64,000 nucleotides of DNA. Origin: Lytechinus pictus (taxonomy: Eukaryota). How positions within the stretch are numbered: position 1 is the first letter of the stretch; the number at the start of each line of letters is the position of its first letter. Below are positions 35,216 through 47,800 of the stretch, piece after piece. The position numbers and the translations under genes are program-made. The notes beneath the pieces are model-generated. The model worked only from the letters and a program-made list of their open reading frames with translations. It did no database searches and was not told the origin of the DNA. The stretch is taken from positions 25,856,001-25,920,000 of the forward strand of contig NC_087245.1 of NCBI RefSeq assembly GCF_037042905.1, in the 5' to 3' direction.

Positions 35216-37544
35216 TATTTAATGGATGGGTTCAAAATTTATTAGCATTTAATATTTTTTTAATCAATTTTAATGAAAAATATTTATGCTGTGTTTAATT
35301 GGTCGAGCATGAGCTGAATACAACCGTTAATGATATTTCGTTGTTTGGCAATTATGAAACCCTTCATTATTTTGGAATCCTTTGAAGTGATTCGTTGAAT
35401 TGTTCGAGTTAAAAGCAATCAGTAACTTTATCCTGGATTCAAAATCCAAATACTGATTCACCAGATAATTCATTCATTATGGCAATTCTTTAGATCAGAC
35501 TAGAATAGCCATCGCTTTAACAACCAAGTAGTCAGCAATTTATCAAGATATAAACGATGGCGTGATATGGGTACCATATACCATTTCGACTTTTCTCCGG
35601 CAGGTAAAGTCTCCATGTGTCGGATGTCGTCGTGCTGAGAGCACTTATGAAAGGCGAATGACAAGCCTCGATTATTGGTAACATCTTCAGATAGATAATA
35701 ATAACTTCAATTTTGTATAAAAAGGTTTGTAAAATCGTTATTTATACGACGGAGAGATACGGTTTACCTCTCATATCATAGATAATAATGCTTCATACTT
35801 TTTACAAAAATAATTCATGCATTTGACAGGTATATTATATTCTTTTTTATTAAATCACAAATTCAATTCTCGGGTACTTCAGCTTTTTTTCATTATGCAA
35901 CCTCTCTCCCTCTCATTCTCTCATCTCTCAATCGTTTCCTATCATATTTCTATGACACTCCCTTGCCATCTTCTCCCCCCCCCCCCACCTCCCTCCTCCC
36001 CCTCCCCCTCTCTCTCTCTTGCACTAATTCAGACATACAGTATATGGAACTGCTTTTGAAGACAATCATGACAATCAAATTGCTCAACGCTGAATATTGC
36101 TGTAAAGTCTATGACGCCCTCTTTCGTGATGCCTTAGAGGTAACTTCTGCAGATCCATACATGGTTTGAGGCAGCTGCCCCTCCCCCATTTTCAAACAAG
36201 GGAATTTTCTGTTGAATCTTGTTGTATTGTTTATCATCGTAATTTTTGTTGAATTCCCTTAAATATATATCCGATTGACTCTTCTGCACTCCTAAATGTT
36301 TACTAAATTTAAATTTATCTTTTCTCGCTCGCACATTTTCCCCATAAAATGCACCGTATCAACTCAGCCCCCGGTAGATATTTGCCTCATTATTCACCAC
36401 TAAATATAATAATCTAGTACAATGTAGTAAAATTTAGTACAAATAACAACTAAACGAGGAGGTCAATTTATGATAAATTGCAAAATTCTGACACATTTTG
36501 CAGTTACATATTCACAATTGCCGCGGTAGTAGGTTGCAGTTTTAAGGGTCGTTTCGAAGCAAAAACAAAATTGGCAAATTACAAACCAATAGAATCCACA
36601 GGCTTAGAAACAAATGTATACAATAACAGAAGTTCGATACATTTTCACCGTTTAAAAGTTGAGTATTTGGCTTCAGAAACACTCCTACCAGCCAGCCCGC
36701 TAGACAGCCTTTATTTCACTTTTAACGGGCCAGATGTCAGGCGTCATCTCCTCTGAGTGGAATTGTGAAAGACTGAAAGCAGTTGTTTGCATGTTGACAA
36801 ATTTTGAATATTTGCTCTCTTTTTTTTTTGTTACATTTATGAATACGAATGATATTAAACAATATGATAATAAAAAATATCATTATCTAAAGGAAGGATT
36901 TTAGTGCTTAAAAGCAAAGTATATAATTTATACCATATTTTGTAACTATTTGTATTTTCTGTACTTGGCTACCCTCCCCCACCTAAAATATTTGGGATGT
37001 ATCAACCACCACCCCCCCTTTCCCCCTTGTGATCGACAACCATGGTCGATAGCTGCGGATTTTGTAGATTTTAGGGGGGGAGTTTCAAAGCAGAATGGAA
37101 ATGCATTAAGAGAAGTTAGGGAGCTTTATCTGTGTTATGGGGAATAATTTTCGAGTTTCCAAAATGCAAAAATCAGCAAATAAAGGAGTCAAGATACAAC
37201 AAGGGTCCAAGCTGAATATATATTAAGTTTATCAGTCTCTAATAATAAAGTCCATTATGATTTTCTCTTTTTAGTAAGTATGTATTTTATTCATTCTATT
37301 TGAAAATACATATTGCAAAAAATAACAAATCCAATTAATTCATTGGGTGTTTATATGTAAATTCATTGTAATACAGCACTGTGAACAAAATAATGTGTAC
37401 CCTGATAGCACATGAAGAACTAGAACTACAAAAAATGAACAGGGAAATCATATTGAGATTTAATAACCGATACTCCTCGTCTAGGTTTGGAAGATATTCT
37501 AAGTACATATACTATATACTGATACTAAAAATATATGCAATATA

Positions 37545-37725
37545 CTACTGCAATACCAATACTTATACTACTACTAATTATGTTACTACTACTACTAGGT
37601 CTACTACTACTACCATAACTACCACTAATACGACTATACGACTGCTATAACTAATATTACTAAAACTACTAATAGTATTACCACTAATACCACCACAATA
37701 TAACTGCGTGTACTACCACTATTTT
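37545..37725. repeat. Degenerate (ACT)n tract (paralogous at ~53327-53507)
   Basis: act/acc/aat triplet runs. Confidence 0.75.
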
Positions 37726-38378
37726 GACATGTCTGCTATATATTGCTATTCCTACTGGTGAAAGTGTGGAATCAAAGTAATTACTGATATTTCAAATCAT
37801 TACTATTTTCTATTAATCACGACAATGACAAAAATTCAGTCACAACTAGTATTTGACATGATTTTAATGCTGGATATGTTGAATTCATCAAGTAATTTTG
37901 CATCCGAGGAACTACTATACTTCTTACACTACGAACCCTGTTAAGTATTTGAATATAATTTCTACTCCTGCTAAGATTATAGTCATACAGCGGTGCCCAA
38001 TCAAACTGGAAATTACTCATAGGTATACATTGTATACAAACGCACAAAGTGACACTTTGCATAAAACACACCCACACAATTATTTTGATGGAGAAATTTG
38101 CATAATGAAGAAGCTATAGATATCGTTGGGGTTTGGGGGAGGTTGAAAATGAAAATATTTCTAGCAAAATAACTGTACATGCTGAGTTAATATTCTAAAA
38201 TTAGATATCCAAATTTGTCATTCCCGATTGATCCAATTTTGTCCTCTGAACTATTCCCATCGTATCCCGAGCCGCATCGTGTAAATTTGCTCTCTCATGT
38301 GTGGGGTTAGAATTTCTGATCGAGATGGTATTACTCTCTCTTAATCTACTAGGGCCTACAGACATGGCAGAGGGATTC

Positions 38379-38852
38379 TTAATAGCGGTTAGAAGTGCCA
38401 GTGCTGTCGATGTTATAATAATGACTCGACAATTGCTCATCCTTTCCTCCGAAGCTTTTCATCGTCATCATAGAATTTTCGTAGGCATGGTAGGTGTGGG
38501 GAGATCCTTGCTGACTACTAGAAAGGGATGTATCCAAGTATGTATGATTGATATCTGTATAACCATCTCGACTGACTGGGGATTGTTCATCAGGTAGTTC
38601 TCCTCCCTTGTCTCTGTCTGGAACCATGTATCCAAACTCATCTACACGTTCATTATCAGGACCAGATGCTGGACAATTAGAGTCTCCCACAGGACTATGG
38701 GATGGAGCTAGAAGGTATTCAGGGATAGTTTCATACGGTCTACCAGGAAGAGAATCAGGTTCAGTGGAAGATTCTTGTACTCTTTCTCCCGTAGGTTCTT
38801 CGTCTTGCATGATGTGTAGTCTCTCTGACTCGGGACCCTTTGCCGAAATGTC
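38379..38852 (-). CDS. Gene 2 last exon: Tyr-rich cytoplasmic tail
   Basis: ctcttcttcttag|DISAKGPESERLHIMQDEE...; 10 tyrosines including YETI, YMVP, YTDI, YENS, YYNI. Confidence 0.8.
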   Translation of the reverse strand, partial: DISAKGPESERLHIMQDEEPTGERVQESSTEPDSLPGRPYETIPEYLLAPSHSPVGDSNCPASGPDNERVDEFGYMVPDRDKGGELPDEQSPVSRDGYTDINHTYLDTSLSSSQQGSPHTYHAYENSMMTMKSFGGKDEQLSSHYYNIDSTGTSNRY

Positions 38853-41800
38853 CTAAGAAGAAGAGTTATGGAAAACAAATATCCCGGGCAAATTGATAAA
38901 ATCACTAAATTCCTCGTAAAAATATTTGGTAAATATCGTCATCATAGATAGTGTGTTTCGTTGCGAAAACACGTAAACACAGACACGTGAACCAAATATA
39001 AAATTATGTAGCTTTTCTTTCTCGTTCAATTGTAGTCGGAGATAATGAAAGCATAAGAATAATTTGTGACTGATAAACATTACAGAACCAAGAAAAGATT
39101 AACAACAAATGTAATTATTCTCCTTAAACATCGATCTCTTTAATTTCGGGATTCCTTAATTAGCATTTATAAAATTTATTCGTTTCTTTCTTAAACAGTT
39201 AAATATTAATATGCCTAAATATTACCAAACTGCAGAGATTTATCAATACTTTCTCCATCAAAATATCTAGAACTTTTTAATTTTAAAGAATGAACTTCTG
39301 AATCGTATTAGCGCACGTTATGTATGACAGTCACAGTATCTTCGTTCTAATTTTTACCATACATGTTCCTTTCTAAAACATCAATAATAAAAAAAAATCG
39401 AAAAGCAATCAAATTACTGTCCAATTGTAAAAAAAAATGTTTCTTACCGTGTCATTACGCGCTGTCTGTTTCCGTCGTTTATATTTTAAGACCGTGCAGG
39501 TAAGAATGACCAGGAGCAAAATGGATGATGATATAATGGCTACCCACTTGAAAATAAGGGTGTCTAATAGTGGACCTAATGGGAAAAATAAATCAAGGAT
39601 TATTTATTGATAAGGTGAATGTCTGTTTACCAACAAAAGAACATCAAAAAGTACGTAATTGCTGACGCAATCAAGGTTGTTCACAGTTTTATCATATTTA
39701 GTGTTTCCATTCTACCGTATTCATCTTTATGTTAGTGAAATTCTAAATCCTCCATTCGCAATGCCGGATTTTCCTTTGACATCCTGACGAAGAAATTGAG
39801 GGGGCCCATTCAAATGAAGATCATAAACGTAAATGAATTTGAAATTGTAATATTGGTAATGGCACTGGAGGTGAGTCTATTTTGAAGCTAGAGAATGTAC
39901 TACAGACACCTGTCTGATCATTGCTAGTATATACCTCAATCTTGACTTTCATTTGGATTAAGAGTTTCTCTCCAAATTTTTTACCTAGATAGGAAGTGTC
40001 AAATGTAGATTAGTGTCCCAACGCTATAGAGTTTGATGAGTTACCATTAGATTGCATAACATACAAAAATGCATTCATTGGGAAGTGTAACGTACCCGTT
40101 GTAATTATATATGATGAGGTTGATGGAACAGGATCTTCGTGGGTTGTGCTCGCATTTGATGTTGTTGTTGTTGTTGCCACTGATGCTGCTGATGCTGTTG
40201 TTGCTGCTGCTACGTTTAAGAATAAAACATATTTTCATGCCAACAACAGATGATGTTCCTTACAAAACAAAAAAAATATTATGTATACTCTTGTTGTTAT
40301 TGTTGCTGTTTCAAATACTCATTAAACCTCAAATGAAAATTATTTTATCGTATGGTATATAATGAAAGTCGTCACTTGCCTTAATCGAATAAATATTTCA
40401 TTAACTTTAGTAGCCATCAACCTTTGATGTACACTTCTTACCCTCCGGATGATATACATTCCATGAAATAAAGAAGTACTGACGGTAAGTTATTTAATGT
40501 TCTTATTTACTTGACCTATAAATTTTTCATCGCGTAAGAAAGTCAGCCATTTATGTTATAAAGAAATTGGCTTGATGACAAAAATGCACATGGAAAAACA
40601 TAAGAGCATTGTAAATTGATTTCAACTCAAATTCAAATTTTCAAAACGATAGTCTGATTCGTCGTGCTTTTTGTTTAAAACACAAGACCCTGAAATGATT
40701 GTGTATCTCAATAGTGACAAATTTATAGCCAATCATTCAAAATCAGAGAAATTGATAACTGTTTGTGCAGAGTATCGGTGACGGGAAAATCTCAATTTAT
40801 GTAGTGTCCCATGTTTGAGGTGTAACGTTATTGTTTTAGTGGCCAAAACATGGGGTAGTATGTGCACAGCGGTTTGTAACCGAAAGGAAAAGGCGCTATA
40901 TCTTACGACCTTTGGGTGAGATTGGATTGAATAGTCTGATTCATCGTGCTTTATGCAATCACATAATAATATCACGACAATATTAGGAACCGATAATTAT
41001 CTGAGGGGATTCGACATTGGCTTTACAACGTCACCGTTTAACACTGCAAACATTCAAAACGTTTTTTTTTTATATGGTACTTGTTTACACAGAGTCTACA
41101 CAATTTTAGTGAGCTTTCCCAGGTAACAAGCCAACGTTGGCTCCACGTTGGAAACTTGAAAGTCGTTGGACGTTGGAAAAACTTGATGGATTAACGTTGA
41201 ATCGACGTTGGAAACTAGTTTGATGGAAAGATGATGGACAATCAACAATGACACGACGTTGCAACGTTGGAAACTTGTTAGTTGGAGAGTTGTTGGACAG
41301 TCGACAATGTCACAACGTTGGAAACACGTTTGATTGGATAGTTGTTGAACAGCCAGCAATGGCACAACGTTGGCAACGTTGGAAACTAGTTCGCTGGAAA
41401 GTTGTTGAACAACCGACAATGGCACAACGTTGACAAAGTTGGAAACTAGTTTGTTGGAGATTTGTTGGACAGTCGACAATGGCACAACGTTGGAGACTAG
41501 TAAGTTGGAGAGTTGTTGACAGCCAGCAAATGCACAACGTTGGCAACGTTGGAAACTAGTTTGCTGGAAAGTTGTTGAACAATCAACAATGACACGACGT
41601 TGGCAACGTTGGAAACTTGTTAGTTGGAGAGTTGTTGGACAGTCGACAATGGCAGAACGATGGAAACTAGTAGGTTGGAGATTAGTTGGATAGTCGACGA
41701 TGACACAAGGTTGGCAACGTTGGAAACTAGTTCGATGGAAAGTTGTTGAACAACCAACTATGGCACAACGTTGTCAAAGCTATAGAAACTAGTTCGATGG

Positions 41801-44800
41801 AGATTTGTTGGATAGTCGACGATGGCACAACGTTGGAAACTGGTAGATTGGAGATTAGTTAGATAGTATACAATGACACAATGTTGATAAAGCTGGAAAC
41901 TAGTTAGATGGAAAGTTGTTGAACAACTGACACTGGTACAACGTTGGAAACTGGTAGATTGGAGATCAGTAGGATAGTCGACGATGACACAACGTTGGCA
42001 ACGTTGGAAAGTTGTTGAACAACAGACAATGGCACAACATTGGAAACTAGTGTGTTGGAGATTTGTTGGACAGCCAACAACGTCACAACGTTGGAAACGC
42101 GTGTTTGATTGGATAGGTGTTGAACAGCCAACAAAGGCACAGCGTTGACTATACGTCGGAAACTACTAGTAGTTCGATGGAGAGTTGCTGAACAACCGAC
42201 AAAGGAACAACGTTGGAAACTATTTTCTTGGAGATTTGTTGGACAGTCGACAATGGCACAACGTTGGCAAAGTTGGAAACTAGTTTGATGGAGAGTTGTT
42301 GAACAACGGACAATGGCACAACGTGGAGCGTAATTGGAATAGTTTATTGGAGAGTTGTTGACAGTTAACATTGACACAATGTTGGAAACTATAGTTTGTT
42401 GGATATTTGTTTGACAGTCAACATAATATCCCGGCATAATATACCCAGTGTTGAGAACGTTAGAAACTGGTTCATTGAAGAATTGATAATGATATACAGA
42501 CGACTACTCGCATAATTTCCAATGGGGCCAAGGGGGGGGGGTCGATCAAGTAAGTTTGCTTGTCTATCCATGTCACCCTTGGTATATCCCCCAGCAATAA
42601 GGGGAAAATAAATCGAGAGAGAAGGAAAATAATGGGAAGGGAAAGAGGAACTAAAACTAAGTCTAAGGGGAAAACAAAAATAAAGATGGGGTAGAATAGA
42701 GAGGCTGCATGCACCGGGGGATGCAAATGTGTCGATTAATATAGAAAATAAAGGAGAAAAACAAGAAAAAAATGTAGTTCAAGACCAGAATTTCCAGAAA
42801 CGCCCTCGTCCTTTGCAGCTGGCTAGGCCTTTCACAGTAAGTACGAGATATGTCATAGCAGAAGCGGATCTAGAGGGGGGGTTGGGGGGGTTGCAACCCC
42901 CCCAAAAAAAAAATCCGGGGACCATTTTTTTAAATCTTATCTTTTTTAGATGCAAGAAAACGCCATTTTCACACACAGATTTTCAAAAATTTTCCCTACT
43001 GTGGGAGGGGGGACACCCCCCTCCCACACCCTCCCCCCTCGCTCGCTCCGCTCGCTTGGACTCGGTCGCTACGCTCCCTCGCATACCACCCCAACCCCCC
43101 CCCTTTATAAAAAGCTGGATCCGCCCCTGCATAGGCCTAACGTCACATAACTAGAAGAAATTGAAGAAGGAAATACAAGCATCAAATGTGCCTTTTTAAA
43201 AATACCATACTATTCTAATGCGCAAAATTAGTCGCGACGTCGGACTCCTTCTGTCATGTCTGTGTAGTCTGCTTCCTTCAATTTTGAACTTGAAGAATCT
43301 GGCAGAATTTGGACTGGATATTACAATTAAATTCCAGAATATCTAGTGATCTGGAACAGTACTTATAAGCTGCATATTTAGGACCTACAATCTACAGTGG
43401 AATTTTCTTTGCACTTGCAGATAATCGGTAACTGCAACCATTGATCCCCTCCGAAAGATCCCGGACTCCGGAGTCAGCTTCTGTGCGCGTACAGTCCGAC
43501 GCTATTATATTCGTGTAAGTAGTACTTAACACCAGTCACTGCACAGTATAACATATGGCAGTGTATCCTTTTAGTATTACCGGACACCTTTATTTCAGTG
43601 TTTTAAAAATGACAACTAGAGGAAATACAATCAAGAAATATTTGCACTTGCTATTCCAAAAATTATGAATATGATAAAATTATTTTATATTTAGGCCTAC
43701 CAACCGTTTTCTTTGCATCGCAATTGTCGCATACCCCTCCACGAAAAACAGTTATTTTCGCGCGCGACAAATTTCATCATGATTCCGGACGCGCGCCGGA
43801 CGGGTAAAGATATTCTTCATTATAATGATGTAAGAAAGAATTTGTGTGAATTTTTCTTCATATATCATATCATACATAAATTCTAAGCTTATGTTTTTTT
43901 TTTCACATCAAATCTGAGCAGATGTTGGTAATAAATTCGTGTTTGATAAATTTTATTTTGACTTCTTAGCTGCATGTTCCATGGCACTGTCCAATACTAT
44001 GCTCGTTTGTATCGTAACGCTCATCAAGTTTGATGAGCTGTCGATAGACGGCTCTAGTCACGGTAAACCTCACGCATGGTATACATCGAGTCTAGCCGTC
44101 GACGATTAACCACAATACACCACACTTCATCATTCGATCAAAGGAGCGGACGAGACTGATATTCGGCAAAATCAGGCCCATTTTTTCATCAGAAAATATA
44201 TCAATTGTTAATGCAAAACTACCTTATGATATTTTAATCATTTTCTGTCATTTTAGAGATAAATAAGGTAAAAGTTGGATTTTTTCGCCTTGTTTTAGCA
44301 ATCTTGTTCTATGTATTGCTCTGTGAAATTGAATTGCGGAAGTCTTACGGTACGAAATTGTTTTCGTACGCAGTACTATGCGCGTCCGGAATCATGATAG
44401 TGTCCGGTAATACAATACGTAACTATACTAACTAACCTCGTAATTAGCTTGTGTGAGTGACTAATACTAACCTCGCATTACGTGTGAGTGGGAACGAGTA
44501 TGCGATACCAAGGGCAAGGCAACAGTCATTGGGTGATTTCAATAATTTCAAGTACAGTGTTGAAATCTGGTGTTGTTGTTGTGACAACACCATACTTGAA
44601 TCAGGCTGGTGTTGAGATTGACCTCGGAAAATATGGTGTATTTCCGGCAGTTTGTGTTGAAGGCTGGTGTTGATTGTCATCTGCTGAACCCAACACTGCA
44701 CTGTGGCTGCATGGTGTTGATGATCTACATGCAATTTCCCCATTCAGCAACACCGACCCCCAGGGATTGGTGTTGATGAACTGTAGCTCACGAACAGGGG

Positions 44801-47800
44801 GTGAACACGACGAACCATCTCCGTAAAATTATCTTTTACATTTAAGATTAGAGCAAATCATTAGAGTTTTAATACATTTCAATGAAAAATAATATTACGC
44901 TTGGTGTTGGAGCTCAGTTCAGCGGCCCTTTCACACTCTCAACACCGTACACCGTACTTGAAATCACCCAATGACTTGCTACCTGGCATTCCTGCCTTAT
45001 TTATCATACGCTGCCTTGAATTGACCTGGTCGGTCCTGCCTGGCCTAGCCTGGACCGAGTGTTTTCCAACTGCAGTCAAACCTGTAGTTGCTATGTGAGG
45101 TATGCTACACTTGACGCTGATGAAATATCATTCAATAGTTATGGCACGAGCGAGACTAGGCAATGGCCATGCATATTGAGATATCAGTTGACTTCTATCT
45201 TAATCAAAAAGAGGCACTCTTTAGTTACAGTAGGCAGTAGCTACATTACTCTGAGTGAGGCCAAGCTACGCGACCTCCTTTTTAGATTTTGTAAGTACTG
45301 AGAGACTGCAATTACACATGTGAGTTTTTGTGATGATTACTGACGTTGCAATTGGCATTGCATACCGAGTCATTAAACAATTGTAGAAAGAAACAGATAT
45401 TGCAACTCGCAAGAAAATGTAATACATCTTAATTCTTATTACATATGCATATGTTTTTTTGGTATTAGTCTTGTTTGAGAAAAAGAGGATGTCAAAAAAG
45501 TTTGAATGCTACAAAGGCCTCAATAAATATCACACGTAATTCTCTTGATTCCTCTTAATTGTACAAGCATTGCTTTTTAGTGGGTCCCTCCATTTCCATC
45601 TTAATTTAATTTCTATTGAAAAATAGTATACTTATTCAAAACCTACAATGTGTTGCCCAAATTGTCTAAGTGTTTTTTTTTTTTTTTTTTTTTTTCACAA
45701 CATATGTATCATTATTTTCTTTTTTTTCAACGTATACAAATATTTATGTTTATATATGGTATACAATTCATGTATGTACAATTGATGGAAGTGAAATAAA
45801 TAAATTTGAATTTGAATTTGAATTATGTGAAGAGACTTGTAACAGAAAGAATGAAAAGAAATGAATAGCTGTAATAATAGTTGTAATGTTTTTTTATAGA
45901 ATCATGAACAGGTTACAGATGATGATGGCACAGTGTTGAAAACTGTTTGATGGAGATGGCGCATCGTTGGATTTGTTTAAAATTAGACCAACAAAGAATC
46001 AATGTTACAAGAACATTTAACCGATATTAGACAAACATTGAATCAACGTTTACGCCGACGTTGGACTAAGATTGGACTAAAGTTGAATCAACTTTCCATC
46101 AACATTGGACCAACATTATACCAACGTTGGATCAACGTCACCCAACGTTGGACCAACATTGGACCAACGCTGCCATACCTGCCTCATCTGGACAAAATGA
46201 TTATGCACTCATGAATATTCATTACATCAGTAAATGACCAAAATTTTAGGTAATATTGCTATAATAATGAGAGTATTTATGTTTATTCAATATTTCCACC
46301 ATGAAAAGTTTCAGAAAAGTATGTGGCTCCTTTACCATATCATTTATAATCAAAACATATTATTCTAAGTGAAATTTTCAAGGTTAAGTGTGGAAAATGA
46401 TATTAACTGTATTCTGCCAAGTATAGCAAAGTTGCTCTATATATAGGAGTCAATGACAGGATACAGTGGATAGGTGTAGGATGATAGGAATAGGATATAG
46501 GACTAGGATGTAGGATTTTAGGATAGGATAAGACATGATGATAAAGATTAGAGTGTAGAGTTGTAATGGTGGACTTCACCTTGAAACCAATTAATGTTTT
46601 GTTAATTACTGCCATACGTTGGAATAACGTTGGAGCAATGTTGGAGCAACGTTGTGACAACGTTGTAACAATGTTGGAGCAATGTTGCCAGACAACGTTG
46701 GAGCATTGTTGCTGGACAGCGTTGAACCAACGTTGTAAACATAGTTGGACTGACGATGTATGCACGTGCACGTCCATCGCTGCTTCAACGTTGCCCATCA
46801 ACGTTGCAGCAACGCTGTTATTGATGACTCAGCCGACATTATACCAACGTTGGAGCATTGATGGTGGACAACGTTGAACTGACGTTGGAGATGTTGTTGG
46901 TCTGACGATGTATGGACGTGCACTTCTATCGATGATGCAACGTTGCTTACCAACGTTGTAGCAATGTTGTATTTGACTATTTAGCCAACATTGGATCAAC
47001 GTTGCCAGACAACGTTGAAACATTGTTGCTGGACACCGTTGAACTGACGTTGGAAATGTTGTTGGTCTGACGATGTATGCGCGTGCACTTCTATCGATGA
47101 TGCAACGTTTGCCTGCCAACGTTGAGGCAACGTTGGGAAAAAATTTCCCAACGTTGATCCAACGTTGGTCCAACGCTGTATTGTTACCTGGGTTGTAATT
47201 TGCATTTGCTTTTCAATTGTGACAGAGTCGTTAAAAATTCCTTGATATGCGAATCTAGAGAAAATTTCGTTATGAACAACATATTTTCCATAATTCAGAT
47301 GGGTAATAATTATCATTGTTATATTCATCATTATGTATATAAACTACCTAAGTAATTGAGAGATACGATCGCTTGACACGAAATGGTATAAGAGCAAAAA
47401 CTTTGAATTATTCCATCAAACATGAAATATTGTATTTAATACCTTTCTTTTCGACAAACCATGCATTCCATCACTGCATTATAGTTGTTTTCTATATATG
47501 TATGCAACTAGTACAGCAAAAGCAAGTCATCGAAAATGGTGGTGGTATTAAACAGTTTGCTATTGAAAAGCAAACGTTTTACCGACATTCTAAACAAATA
47601 ACATGAATAAAGCTAAGTTTAACCCTAGACTTGATGAGGATTTTACTACACTTCTGTGGAATGTAATGTACCAATTAATTTATTAAAATAATCGTTTTTT
47701 TTCCTTTTCTTCTCATTTCACAACACAAGTATTCGTTTTACGATTTTTTCAGCAGGTTTAAAATAATTTCTACTCAGTGAATGAGTCGACAACTACACGC

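Larger units (their letters stand above)
32135..41105 (+). repeat. Segmental duplication copy A
   Basis: Aligns to 47907-~58345 (offset ~15.8 kb); near-identical up to ~39380, clearly more diverged beyond. Confidence 0.95.
41118..47192. mobile_element. 6.1-kb non-autonomous EnSpm/CACTA-type element with CAACGTTG subterminal arrays
   Basis: TIRs cccaggtaaca / tgttacctggg, 2-bp TSD TT; dense caacgttg(g) arrays at ~41130-42420, ~45960-46170 and ~46615-47175; no transposase ORF. Confidence 0.85.

Noticed and set aside
39935..39984. Possible small exon between stalk and TM in gene 2
   Set aside because: 50 nt breaks phase, and the gene 3 counterpart has a stop.
41096..42437. Repeat array as CRISPR or as Cys/Gln-rich coding repeats
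   Set aside because: No unique spacers or cas genes, eukaryotic context; it is the subterminal array of a TIR element.
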